DNA of 63,595 nucleotides from Escherichia phage vB_EcoS_HdSG1: sequence record MK373795.1; one strand, 5' to 3'. Shown piece by piece: positions 54,563 to 63,595 of this stretch (position 1 is its first letter; each line of letters starts with the position of its first letter). The notes under the pieces were generated by a model. It saw only the letters and a program-made list of their open reading frames with translations, ran no database searches and was not told where the DNA came from. The position numbers and the translations under genes were made by a program.

Positions 54563-57109
54563 TAACTTAATGACTTCGTTCATTCTCTCAATGTCTACCA
54601 AATAACATTTCATTCTTGGTGGTACAAAATCAGGACCGAATAAACTTGAGAAGTCCATGGGTCTCATTTCGGCAAGAACTTCCATAGACATTAGACCATA
54701 AATTGTGTTATCTATAACCTGCAATATGTTGTCATTTCTTGTCTGCTTGAATGCTTTAAATTGCCTACAATAAGTGCATAAATCACTTCGTGTGACTATA
54801 AATGAGTCCTTAAACATTGGGAACCGTTTATACACGTAAGCCTTTACCTCCCCATCCAAGAACTTCTTGATAGAGTTGAGCATTATTTTCTCACGACTGG
54901 TACTATCTGTAGACCCAATCTGCCCACTATTACGCTTCTCTAAGAAACGCTCGTTACCCTGATCGATAAATGACTCAGCCCAACGATAATGTTCCATAGT
55001 AACAACAGGTCGTTCACTGTTATCCGCAACAGCAAGAAGAGAAGCTATACGCAATACCTTCAGCGCCTTCCTTGTGTACATCTGACGAATTACTTCGTCT
55101 TGTACCTGCTCACCATCATTGCCGCTGTTCAGGAACTTCGCAACAACATTATCAAGGTTATCAAACGCTTCGTGTACCTCTGCTTCCATTTCAACATAAC
55201 ATGGAGTAGTCCCTGACATAATACGCACAGCTTGTTTATAGATAGCTCCAATAGTGCGCAGTATTGCTTCTGGATATTCCAGGAGCATACTCTTATTCAT
55301 CAACGGTCGGTTAGCTGTACATTCCCATGCGATAATACGGGACATGAAACCACTCGACATCATGCGGTCATCCACGTTCCCGTAAAATTCATCTGGTGTC
55401 GTTTCACCTGCAAAACTATACGCCTTAACCTTACCGCCAGCAGTCGTATTATCTTTACTAGAGTGCTTTGAACCACCAGAGAAAGCATAGAAATGCCCCT
55501 TGTCATAAAGGGAAAGCATTTCATCCATAATGTCTTTAGCTTTACCGACTTCCATCTTACCGTTACGGAAAAATGCACCGACTTCAGTCTTATAGTTAAT
55601 GGATGAGCCACAAGACATAACGGACGTATCCATTATGACATCCTTGCGCAATGCAGCATCAGACGCATAGGTACTTGTATCCAAGACACGTTCGATACCA
55701 AATATCTGCTGACCGTCTTGACCGCCATAATTGGATACTTGAGAAAGAATAGTTTCAATGTTGGAGCGAAACGCTTCTTTACCAATACCAGAACGTGCAA
55801 TTAGTACGAAGTAGTTATTCAAACCACTTCGTGTGACTGTGTTCCACGCCTTACCGCACATACCACTAAATAAAGCAAGAGCAGACAGAATACTAATGTC
55901 CTTAATAGGCAACAAGCTCGCTTTATACATATTACGAGCAACCTCGCCCATAAAGCCCGGAGGCCAAGCCAAACCGTCTGCCTGCTCTTCAGTGTAATTG
56001 CCATCTGTGGTCAACACTTCTTCTGGTGGGCGTTCTGGTGTAGTTGCTTGACGTAGTTTTTCCGTGCGCTCTATAGCCGCATTAACGTTATTCTGAACTA
56101 TCTGCATAAGTCCCATAGATTTAACATGGGCATCATAGCGATAGTTGCGAATCATTCTATCCAGGTGATACGGACGTTTGATTTTTTCACCAGGCAGACG
56201 ACGGGAATCATCGTAACGACTACTCATTGGTGAATACATGAACAGACGTCTTACCTGGAAATTGTACTTACTCTTAAAGCAAAGAAAGTCTATTAATGCA
56301 AACTCTGCTTCAGACTGAGAAGGGAAACAACGTTCGCCAATAGAAGTATCAACTTCTTCAGCTCTCCAACGACCTTCCCATAGCTGCTTAAACAATGTTC
56401 CGTTTTCTTGTTCGCACAACTGAATATATACATCCTGGTCTTCCATTGCATATGGGTCGTTACTAAAATCTTCTTCAGTAAGTTCCAGCATTTGGAAGCC
56501 ATCAGACTCATTAATCTCACTCATCTCAGACATAAGTTGATGAATGAGATTAGCGATATACCCTTCGCTTTCACTGCCTGGAGCACCAGACACAGTGCGC
56601 GGAGTAATATCCCAGTGATCACCTGTACAGATAATAAAGCGATACTGTGAATACACTTCCACACCATCTCGGCGCTTACCAGCCTGAGGTATGGAATAAA
56701 TCCATGTGTGCAACCCATCACCGCTTCTGGAAATTTCCGTATAGCTATGGAACGATTCAACAATCTTCTTATATCGCTCACCAGCAACTTTCTTTTCCAT
56801 TTCAGACATGGTATCTTTAATGTCCATGTCGATACAACAGAACGGGTCACTTGGAAGTAGATAGAAACCTAAACGCAAGTTATGGCCAATCTCGTTATAA
56901 TAACGAACGCAGCGTTCAGCATCTTCAAAAGACATAAGTAAATGCAGGTTACACGGTTTCTTATCATTGCCGTCTTTACGAAGTGGGACCATATCCCCTA
57001 AATCATCGTCCCATACATAAGGTTGTTTTTCTGATGATGTACCTGGATGGAAACCGCAGACAGCCCACTGTTCGTATTGTTTAATTTCTTGAGGAAAAAG
57101 TTCCAGCAT
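54560..57109 (-). CDS. primase-polymerase (AEP family) with large C-terminal domain
   Basis: 849 aa; CIDMDIKD (DxD) and SGDGLHTW (sGxGxH-like) motifs. Confidence 0.55.
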   Translation of the reverse strand: MLELFPQEIKQYEQWAVCGFHPGTSSEKQPYVWDDDLGDMVPLRKDGNDKKPCNLHLLMSFEDAERCVRYYNEIGHNLRLGFYLLPSDPFCCIDMDIKDTMSEMEKKVAGERYKKIVESFHSYTEISRSGDGLHTWIYSIPQAGKRRDGVEVYSQYRFIICTGDHWDITPRTVSGAPGSESEGYIANLIHQLMSEMSEINESDGFQMLELTEEDFSNDPYAMEDQDVYIQLCEQENGTLFKQLWEGRWRAEEVDTSIGERCFPSQSEAEFALIDFLCFKSKYNFQVRRLFMYSPMSSRYDDSRRLPGEKIKRPYHLDRMIRNYRYDAHVKSMGLMQIVQNNVNAAIERTEKLRQATTPERPPEEVLTTDGNYTEEQADGLAWPPGFMGEVARNMYKASLLPIKDISILSALALFSGMCGKAWNTVTRSGLNNYFVLIARSGIGKEAFRSNIETILSQVSNYGGQDGQQIFGIERVLDTSTYASDAALRKDVIMDTSVMSCGSSINYKTEVGAFFRNGKMEVGKAKDIMDEMLSLYDKGHFYAFSGGSKHSSKDNTTAGGKVKAYSFAGETTPDEFYGNVDDRMMSSGFMSRIIAWECTANRPLMNKSMLLEYPEAILRTIGAIYKQAVRIMSGTTPCYVEMEAEVHEAFDNLDNVVAKFLNSGNDGEQVQDEVIRQMYTRKALKVLRIASLLAVADNSERPVVTMEHYRWAESFIDQGNERFLEKRNSGQIGSTDSTSREKIMLNSIKKFLDGEVKAYVYKRFPMFKDSFIVTRSDLCTYCRQFKAFKQTRNDNILQVIDNTIYGLMSMEVLAEMRPMDFSSLFGPDFVPPRMKCYLVDIERMNEVIKL

Positions 57110-57118
57110 GTTATTACC

Positions 57119-57355
57119 TTAAAACGTAGCGGGATTAATTTCAAATAACGAACGTGATGGTACAACATCAAAGTTGACATCTACCAGCTTAAAAGAATTC
57201 GTGTAAACACACCATGTACCGACTTTTTCATTAAAGACGGGCTTGTCATTATTAAATGCGTACACGCAACCATCAGAATCTGTTGCAATATATCTTGTGT
57301 CTTTTGGTACTTCTACATCTGAACCATAATAGTGAACGGTAATTAAATCTGACAT
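57119..57355 (-). CDS. hypothetical protein
   Basis: 78-aa ORF. Confidence 0.5.
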   Translation of the reverse strand: MSDLITVHYYGSDVEVPKDTRYIATDSDGCVYAFNNDKPVFNEKVGTWCVYTNSFKLVDVNFDVVPSRSLFEINPATF

Positions 57356-57428
57356 GTTATTCTCCTACGATCCATTAGGACACACATAGTATATACTGAT
57401 GGATCGCAGGGGGCTAACCCCCTGCAAA

Positions 57429-57827
57429 TTATGGTACTAAGACCCAACGACACACGATAGGTTTACATGTTACTTGTTCTTTAGAGATAGTAATTCTATC
57501 CTTGAACATTATTCTCGGATAAAAATATTTCATGTAATTATCCGAATCCGTTTTACATTGTGCATTCAATATGCGAGAGCTGACAATAAACTTTAAATCC
57601 GCCCAATCCTCCATAGAATCAGAAAAAGATAGGATACGCCCATTTCCACGAACTTTAGCAGTTGACTCAGCTGGTAGCCTGTGGTTAATATCACACGGCA
57701 AGTCTAAAGCAGGTATCTTTCCTTTGATTAATTTATCTGTATTAAAAGAGCCAATTTCTAAAGTATGGATATTTTGACCTTTAATTGGTTCTTCAAACTT
57801 AACATCGACAACGAGTCTGACTAACAT
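57429..57827 (-). CDS. hypothetical protein
   Basis: 132-aa ORF. Confidence 0.5.
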   Translation of the reverse strand: MLVRLVVDVKFEEPIKGQNIHTLEIGSFNTDKLIKGKIPALDLPCDINHRLPAESTAKVRGNGRILSFSDSMEDWADLKFIVSSRILNAQCKTDSDNYMKYFYPRIMFKDRITISKEQVTCKPIVCRWVLVP

Positions 57828-57842
57828 ATATTACCTTCACAA

Positions 57843-58118
57843 TCACCATAAAATTTCTACACTTTCAGTATCCAGCTGACTTAATGGTTGCTTATATGAG
57901 ATTGTATATCCAAATGATACCAGTTGTTCAGTGACCTTTCTCATTACAGGACGTGCATTAGGACTACCGATTTCACTATATGGCTTTTTAAATAATTTAA
58001 TATGATCCATGCCATCTAGAGACGCTTTAGTAATCCATTTATCCAAATCATCAAGATATGCACCGGTATCCAAGTTTTCACTATTTGTACGGGCTTCTTG
58101 TGCTGTAATCATAATCAT
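57843..58118 (-). CDS. hypothetical protein
   Basis: 91-aa ORF. Confidence 0.5.
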   Translation of the reverse strand: MIMITAQEARTNSENLDTGAYLDDLDKWITKASLDGMDHIKLFKKPYSEIGSPNARPVMRKVTEQLVSFGYTISYKQPLSQLDTESVEILW

Positions 58119-58339
58119 TGCTCCATAGCTTGTTTCATCAATGCGTCATAGATACATTTCGCACTAGACGCGTTCCACAGTTGTTCGTCTGTCTGAACTT
58201 CCTGGTTCCATTGCTTATCAAATAAACCTTCTTCATACGCATCTTTAATACGCTTGCACAAAGTAAGGATGTCAGTTTGAAGAATATCAATTTCTTCTTG
58301 AGTTAACGCAGTTTGGAGTTCTTTACTCATCTTTGCCAC
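58115..58339 (-). CDS. hypothetical protein
   Basis: 74-aa ORF. Confidence 0.5.
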   Translation of the reverse strand: MAKMSKELQTALTQEEIDILQTDILTLCKRIKDAYEEGLFDKQWNQEVQTDEQLWNASSAKCIYDALMKQAMEQ

Positions 58340-58709
58340 CTTCTTTATTCAGTTGACCACATGCTGGAGTCCATTGTCCGTTCAATGTGCGCTTAAGATC
58401 GTCCTTGCGCATACGTTCGAACCATTCAGTGTGGTCATGAGGATTGTCGCTTACTTTATAGTCAATATTAACACACGTTTCTTTGAAATCCATACCTTCC
58501 AGGTCCACGTTATAACAGATATCGATTTCAATACCTGGCTCAGTTAATACCCAAAAACCATCGCCATCAATACATTCACACCACTGAGGTTCATTCTCGA
58601 ATGCGGTTAAAGTACCGTCCTCGTCGACAGCAAGGTATTTCGCCCACACTGGAACAAACAACACTTCACCGAAGTATCGCACAGCCTTCTGAGTAAGATT
58701 AATTTGCAT
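58323..58709 (-). CDS. hypothetical protein
   Basis: ATG 58709 with strong RBS GGGAGGTG. Confidence 0.55.
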   Translation of the reverse strand: MQINLTQKAVRYFGEVLFVPVWAKYLAVDEDGTLTAFENEPQWCECIDGDGFWVLTEPGIEIDICYNVDLEGMDFKETCVNIDYKVSDNPHDHTEWFERMRKDDLKRTLNGQWTPACGQLNKEGGKDE

Positions 58710-59052
58710 GTTCACCTCCCGATACCAGTTCCAAAGTCTCACGAAGCAGACGCTCGAGCTTCGATTTATTTTTGATAAGCTGATATTGCCGATCCACCAC
58801 AAGCACCTTCTGACGGTTACGCATAAGGTATTCGAACGCACTTTGAAAATCTTCGACTTTACCTTCATAACCTAGAGCCTTGGCGACGTGCGATACACGA
58901 TGGAACAGAAAGTCCGCAAAGTCCATAACTTCCATCGCATTCACAATAACGTCAATTAAATCCGAATTTGCAATCGGGTCTAGCTGTTTAGCTTGTTCGA
59001 GAAGTCGCACCTTTGCTTTATATAAAGGTGAATTGCTTACTGTTTGCATCAC
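58699..59052 (-). CDS. hypothetical protein
   Basis: 117-aa ORF. Confidence 0.5.
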   Translation of the reverse strand: MMQTVSNSPLYKAKVRLLEQAKQLDPIANSDLIDVIVNAMEVMDFADFLFHRVSHVAKALGYEGKVEDFQSAFEYLMRNRQKVLVVDRQYQLIKNKSKLERLLRETLELVSGGEHAN

Positions 59053-59318
59053 TTCCTCCAGATTTTACGCGATTCTTCAATACGGATGTTATACCGTATA
59101 AGTTGTTGCATAACTTTATGCAGGTCATCGAGATGCTTCCTTAAACGAAGACGTTTCTTGATAGCCCACAGGTTCTTCATATCCGTTCGTCGGAGATCCT
59201 CCCTTAAATACAATGAAAAGTCAGTCTGCCGATCTAAGATAAATTGGATACGCATCAAAGTATCTGACTTACGATAATCAGGATACCACTTAGGAAGCAG
59301 ATCTTGTTCGCCAACCAT
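59049..59318 (-). CDS. hypothetical protein
   Basis: ATG 59318 with RBS TTGGAG, abutting upstream stop. Confidence 0.5.
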   Translation of the reverse strand: MVGEQDLLPKWYPDYRKSDTLMRIQFILDRQTDFSLYLREDLRRTDMKNLWAIKKRLRLRKHLDDLHKVMQQLIRYNIRIEESRKIWRK

Positions 59319-59319
59319 C

Positions 59320-59937
59320 TTACGCTCCAAACTGATCAATGTATTCAATGAGCTCTTGCAATTCCTGCTGTAACTGCACATTACCACTATTATTCGTCTG
59401 AAGTCTAACGAGGCTCTCCTTGATATGTGCAATGTGGTTAGTGCTCATCCGACGCTTCTGTACATCACACCAGCGAACAACACCATCCTCAATATATGCA
59501 CGACGCGCTTTACCACGCGGGTATCGCAGCGGCCTTATTTCACACTTATCGTCCACCCACTTAAAGCCCAGGATCATAACACCGTTGCCTTCCGTATCAG
59601 GACACACGTCAAAGCAACTCGTGAACCCTTTACTGCGCATGTACTCGTCGAGCGGGATTACCTTATCGGGCGACAACCATTGATACCCGAAGTAGATGTC
59701 AACAGTGAACATCATCCCCAACATCGGAGCCGCCCAGCACATATACGTCCGCCCGTCATCCAACTTCTTGACCGCATTCGGCCGCAACACGAGGCCAGCC
59801 TCCTTCCACGCTTTGACCACATTAATTGTGTTGTCCTGCTCTTGGAATATTGCGTCTGCTTGCATATATGTAGGCGCGTCCCAGCCAAACATTTCCTTTA
59901 CATGAGCATTAGTGATTTCAACCCTTTGATTGTGCAT
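59320..59937 (-). CDS. hypothetical protein, first gene of the leftward early block
   Basis: 205-aa ORF downstream of the AT-rich promoter region. Confidence 0.6.
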   Translation of the reverse strand: MHNQRVEITNAHVKEMFGWDAPTYMQADAIFQEQDNTINVVKAWKEAGLVLRPNAVKKLDDGRTYMCWAAPMLGMMFTVDIYFGYQWLSPDKVIPLDEYMRSKGFTSCFDVCPDTEGNGVMILGFKWVDDKCEIRPLRYPRGKARRAYIEDGVVRWCDVQKRRMSTNHIAHIKESLVRLQTNNSGNVQLQQELQELIEYIDQFGA

Positions 59938-60232
59938 AACCTCACCCTTGATAATAATAAATCGATTAATTTTGAAATTCAGTTGCCGGTTTTATGTTTA
60001 TTTTTAGGCAATGTGTTTTGCAATGCAATATTGATATATTTTGTTTTTGTATTGCAATATTTTTGTATTGCAAAAATTACAACAGTCTGAAGGTGAGAAA
60101 TTGTACATTTATAAAGATCGGTGAAAAAATGCACAATTTATAAAGACCCCGTAATACATAAAACGGCGAAGCGAAGTGTATGAAAAATAAGGGAAAATTT
60201 TGAGAGTTGGGGGAACGTGTGAATTTATATTA
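59938..60232 (-). promoter_or_regulatory. early promoter/operator region next to the right terminal repeat
   Basis: AT-rich; two 16-bp direct repeats TTTTTGTATTGCAA at 60044 and 60060; TTGCAATGCAA palindrome 60018..60028; ATTTATAAAG at 60107, 60136, 60232; minus-strand TTGCAT, 16 nt, TAAAAA candidate. Confidence 0.45.
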
Positions 60233-60976
60233 TTTATAAAGGGGTCTCGTAGGGGTCGTCAGTAGACAACTCAAAAACAAAAAATCTTTATACAATTTAT
60301 ATAAATACACACATACACACATTTTTTACCTTACTTTTCATGCACTTACCTCCTTTCATTTCGTATATTAAGCGTTAATACATGAGCAATATGACATATA
60401 TTTGTTGCGCAACGACTGTGTGTTTTCTAACCAAACGAAAGATTACTTTATATACGTCCGCGCGTCTAACACAAAAGAAAAGTAGATTGCAAGCAATTTT
60501 TGCTGAGGTAACTCTCGAAGTGAAAGCGATTTGCGAGTTTGAATTTTTGTAGCCCGAAAACGATTCTATTTTATGGTATAAATGTCGGATTTTTCGGGCA
60601 AAGCCGGCTTTTCGGTGAGGTTGGGTGGCTGGGATCGGGGTAACGGGTAGCCCATAAAGCGAAAATAGCCGCGAAAACGGGGCACGCAGCGCGATTAAAT
60701 GGTTGGATCAGTGTAAGGGTGGCGGTGAGGGCGAAAATGCCGCAAAATCGCGTACAGGGAAGCAGGGAGTGGATCGCTGTAAGGGCGTATAAGGCGACTA
60801 AATTGGAGTCTATGGTAATGTACGGAAGAAGGATTCAGGTTCTTAGGGTGCGAATGGTGGAGCTATGGGTGAGGAATATGTGGTCAGCAGGGTGGCGCGG
60901 GAGGTTATGCAGGTACAAAAACGAAAGCGCCCCGTTGGACTTCAACAGGGCGCGGATTGTATAATGCAGTTAGAAG

Positions 60977-61225
60977 TTATTTACAAGTTAATAGTACCGC
61001 CCAGGTATTATCTGGAAGCGTACCAACTCCGAGTATCTTAAGCTGAAGCGACTTGTTCTGCATGTTGTAGTTGTCCAGTAACTCCTGGGCCGCGGCAGCG
61101 GCGTTCGCTTCACCGTTCAGGTTGTAGTCGTTTGCAGTTATTGCACACATACCGAGACCGACCGCTTTGAAGCGCATACCTTTGGATTGAGTCGGTGCTA
61201 GTGCTTTGACATGGATAGCGTTCAT
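60977..61225 (-). CDS. hypothetical protein (repeat copy of 745..993)
   Basis: Identical ORF in right repeat. Confidence 0.6.
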   Translation of the reverse strand: MNAIHVKALAPTQSKGMRFKAVGLGMCAITANDYNLNGEANAAAAAQELLDNYNMQNKSLQLKILGVGTLPDNTWAVLLTCK

Positions 61226-61254
61226 ATTATTTATCTCCGTTACAATTTGAAAGG

Positions 61255-61518
61255 TTAGCAGTTTTTTAACAGGTTGATGAAGCCCACCAGCGTGGACGCG
61301 GTTGCAACCAGGCGGCCCATAGTATGCAATTCCGCGTGAACTTTACCGTCGTCAAATACAGTTAAATAAACGTTAAGACCATTGCAACGGACGCGATATT
61401 TGCGCGAGTTATTACCGAAAGTTTCTAGCTCTGCGGTGATAGTCGCAAGATTAGCTATACGTTTGCCGATAATGCGGCGAGTGATAGTGGACTGGTTTAA
61501 TACTGTAGACATAATCAT
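61255..61518 (-). CDS. ITxRIIGKR-motif paralog A (repeat copy of 1023..1286)
   Basis: Identical ORF in right repeat. Confidence 0.65.
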   Translation of the reverse strand: MIMSTVLNQSTITRRIIGKRIANLATITAELETFGNNSRKYRVRCNGLNVYLTVFDDGKVHAELHTMGRLVATASTLVGFINLLKNC

Positions 61519-61580
61519 TTCCTCTGTTAACTATGCGAAGTGCATATTATTGCCCACTGTTACTATGGGCAATGTATATG

Positions 61581-61745
61581 TCACTCAGCGGACACATATT
61601 CTAACGCTTCTGATAGTGTAGCGAAGTGACCATCACTCACCAGATTAATAGCGTACTCAAGTTCATCTCGGGTCAGGTTGCGAAACTTGTTACGGATGTG
61701 ATAGCAACGACCGCGATAAATAAGCTGGAAATAGTTGCGTTCCAT
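61581..61745 (-). CDS. hypothetical protein (repeat copy of 1349..1513)
   Basis: Identical ORF in right repeat. Confidence 0.5.
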   Translation of the reverse strand: MERNYFQLIYRGRCYHIRNKFRNLTRDELEYAINLVSDGHFATLSEALEYVSAE

Positions 61746-61755
61746 AATTATCCCC

Positions 61756-62001
61756 TTATGCAACGATGAACGCGTAACCGCTTTGATCCGGGAGTTCACC
61801 ACCGGCAACAATCTCAAATTCAACACCCGCTCTAGCGTTGAACTTTTTGATAAGCTCTTCCGCTGCGGCGCGGTGGTTGCCGTAAACACCCAAATCGTCA
61901 CGCCACGTGATAGTCAAGGAGCCGTTCCAGCCTGTTGCTTTTACGCGCGGGTTACGGGTGGCAGTTGGGTTAACGAATTTGGTGATGATAGCTTGAGCCA
62001 T
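61756..62001 (-). CDS. hypothetical protein (repeat copy of 1524..1769)
   Basis: Identical ORF in right repeat. Confidence 0.65.
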   Translation of the reverse strand: MAQAIITKFVNPTATRNPRVKATGWNGSLTITWRDDLGVYGNHRAAAEELIKKFNARAGVEFEIVAGGELPDQSGYAFIVA

Positions 62002-62006
62002 GATAA

Positions 62007-62192
62007 TTACTCCGGTAAAATTACAGTGACGTTAATATTTGCAAGGCGAGCGCACTCGCGGAAACCTTTTACATAAGCATCCATTTCGTCATAGGATGCG
62101 AAAGTTGCGTCCGGGACTGGTCCGTTGTTAATATTCACGCAATATTCGTGTTCGTCCAGGTCAACCCAGCAATTCAGAACGATAGTTTCCAT
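62007..62192 (-). CDS. hypothetical protein (repeat copy of 1775..1960)
   Basis: Identical ORF in right repeat. Confidence 0.55.
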   Translation of the reverse strand: METIVLNCWVDLDEHEYCVNINNGPVPDATFASYDEMDAYVKGFRECARLANINVTVILPE

Positions 62193-62193
62193 A

Positions 62194-62268
62194 TTATTTG
62201 CCCCCCGTATAGTAAAGACCCGCAACTATTGGAGCTCCGAACACTAAGAAAGCTAATAAGTAGAACAT
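62194..62268 (-). CDS. tiny hydrophobic peptide (repeat copy of 1962..2036)
   Basis: Identical sequence in right repeat. Confidence 0.45.
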   Translation of the reverse strand: MFYLLAFLVFGAPIVAGLYYTGGK

Positions 62269-62270
62269 AA

Positions 62271-62738
62271 TTAGTTACCCCCTTTATTGTTGAGCCCGTT
62301 GAATTTACGCCATGCGTAGAATTCAATCGTTGCATTATTAATATTCCAACCATTAGCTTTCGCAAGGTCACGCACGTTACCAATAGTTGGCACACTATCA
62401 GGTAACATATTATCCAGGGCATTCCAAACGTCTGCACATTTACCTTTAATTGGGCGGCGGACCCCGTTGCGCGTTTTACCTTTGGCGGGAGCGACCGGAG
62501 CTTGTTGTGTGGTCACTTCCACGACAGTCGCTTTATCAGCTTCCACCAGATCGTTAGCTGCCTTATTAACGGCGCTTTCGCTGAACCAGTAGCGACCACC
62601 GTCTTCCATAGGTTCCTGGTGAATAAAGCTATTTGCTGTCGCTGTGTCTACGTCCAGAACCTTTTTCAAGGCACGGCGAGCGTTAGACATGTTGGTAAAA
62701 AAGCGAGCATCTTTTGCTACGCGAGTGATAGTAACCAT
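62271..62738 (-). CDS. hypothetical protein (repeat copy of 2039..2506)
   Basis: Identical ORF in right repeat. Confidence 0.65.
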   Translation of the reverse strand: MVTITRVAKDARFFTNMSNARRALKKVLDVDTATANSFIHQEPMEDGGRYWFSESAVNKAANDLVEADKATVVEVTTQQAPVAPAKGKTRNGVRRPIKGKCADVWNALDNMLPDSVPTIGNVRDLAKANGWNINNATIEFYAWRKFNGLNNKGGN

Positions 62739-62814
62739 TGTGAATATCTCCATGTTGTTCTAGCGGATTGCTAGTGGGAGCCCACTGTTACAATGGGCAA
62801 CCATTAGCACGCTA

Positions 62815-63120
62815 TTATTGTTGAATAGCTTTATCTATCATTGCGATGAAGCAGAACACAGACCAAAGGCTATTCGCTTGGCATACTGCGCGACCATACA
62901 TTACGCTATAAGAGCTGACAGTGCCGTCCTCGTTAATGCGAATATATAACGCGGTGCTGGAATACTTTTCGTTGCCCGGGAGCATTACCAGATACTCATC
63001 ATAATCCCAATCCCCGCTGACTTTTTCCGCTGTAAGGCCCAGCTGATACAGGCGCTTGCCAATAATGCGCTTAGTAATTTGAGATTGGGACATGGAACGC
63101 GGTAAGTAGATAATGGACAT
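62815..63120 (-). CDS. ITxRIIGKR-motif paralog B (repeat copy of 2583..2888)
   Basis: Identical ORF in right repeat. Confidence 0.65.
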   Translation of the reverse strand: MSIIYLPRSMSQSQITKRIIGKRLYQLGLTAEKVSGDWDYDEYLVMLPGNEKYSSTALYIRINEDGTVSSYSVMYGRAVCQANSLWSVFCFIAMIDKAIQQ

Positions 63121-63303
63121 AATGCAATCTCCCTTCGGGTGAGGCGGGCGCGGAACCCGTGTCCCGCTTAAAAACCCCCTTAACCCTACACAGTTATAGT
63201 ATGACAACGGGGTATCAGATGCAACTATTATCTGCATTATTTTAGAACTTTTTTTAGTTGTGTTTCATAATAATAACATCCGGGACTACACGGTAGATGG
63301 TGT

Positions 63304-63382
63304 GCCGGAAATACCAGGTAGCGCGAGCGTGCCGAAAATACCAGGTAACAGCACGCGCCGAACATACCAGGTAGCACATACA
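63304..63382. repeat. Three tandem iteron-like repeats (repeat copy of 3072..3150)
   Basis: Identical sequence in right repeat. Confidence 0.7.
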
Positions 63383-63595
63383 TAGACAGCACATAGTGGG
63401 CAGGTGGATAGTAACAGATGCAATTATACTGGACGGTACAGTATAGTCATGTAATAGATAACATACTAATCAAATAAAAAATAATAACGCGTGTGACAAT
63501 AAACAACGTTATAGTAGAGCGTGCAACAGTCACATGACGTAACAATCACCTCACTGACGATCACTGGACGTTATAGTAACGCCGCGGGGCGGCTC

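Larger units (their letters stand above)
60233..63595. repeat. Direct terminal repeat, right copy (identical to 1..3363)
   Basis: See left copy. Confidence 0.9.

Noticed and set aside
1-63595. Searched by eye for integrase, repressor, CRISPR array, tRNA genes and a phage RNA polymerase
   Set aside because: No tyrosine or serine recombinase motifs, no regular repeat-spacer array, no tRNA-like cloverleaf candidates in intergenic regions and no single-subunit RNA polymerase-sized ORF were recognised. Absence is by inspection only; a tRNA scan and profile searches are needed to confirm.

Overview
The window is a complete linear genome of a tailed dsDNA phage (siphovirus-like, virulent-looking): about 60.2 kb of unique sequence flanked by an exact 3,363-bp direct terminal repeat (1..3363 = 60233..63595). 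Layout: (i) each terminal repeat carries a leftward operon of eight small unknown genes, with its own promoter, terminator and repeat arrays; (ii) a rightward block 3495..34145 with small early-type genes including a C39-like cysteine peptidase and an HslV/proteasome-like Ntn hydrolase, a lysis cassette (i-spanin with embedded o-spanin, putative endolysin, holin), terminase small and large subunits, portal, scaffold, major capsid, head-tail proteins, major tail protein, frameshifted tail chaperone, tape measure, tail tip proteins, side tail fibre and Tfa-like chaperone; (iii) a leftward block 34216..59937 with family B DNA polymerase, a 7-deazaguanine DNA-modification cluster (DpdA, FolE, QueD, Gat-QueC, QueE), SF2 helicase, PD-(D/E)xK nuclease, RecA-like ATPase, SSB-like protein, ATP-dependent DNA ligase, RNase H, dUTPase, primase-polymerase and many small unknown early genes. 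No integrase, repressor, prohead protease, phage RNA polymerase, tRNA or CRISPR array was recognised. Gene content resembles the queuosine-gene-carrying coliphage group (Queuovirinae-like); this is inference from memory, not a search. Most worth follow-up: the C39-peptidase plus HslV-like protease pair, the terminal-repeat operon with its palindromic operator-like motifs and iteron-like repeats, the Gat-QueC-type deazaguanine cluster with an unassigned embedded gene, a Gly/Cys-rich moron protein, a secreted protein encoded antisense inside the tail module, and frame disruptions in both the side tail fibre (G7 run) and its Tfa chaperone (TC repeat). All functional calls are from motif recognition by eye; no database search was run.
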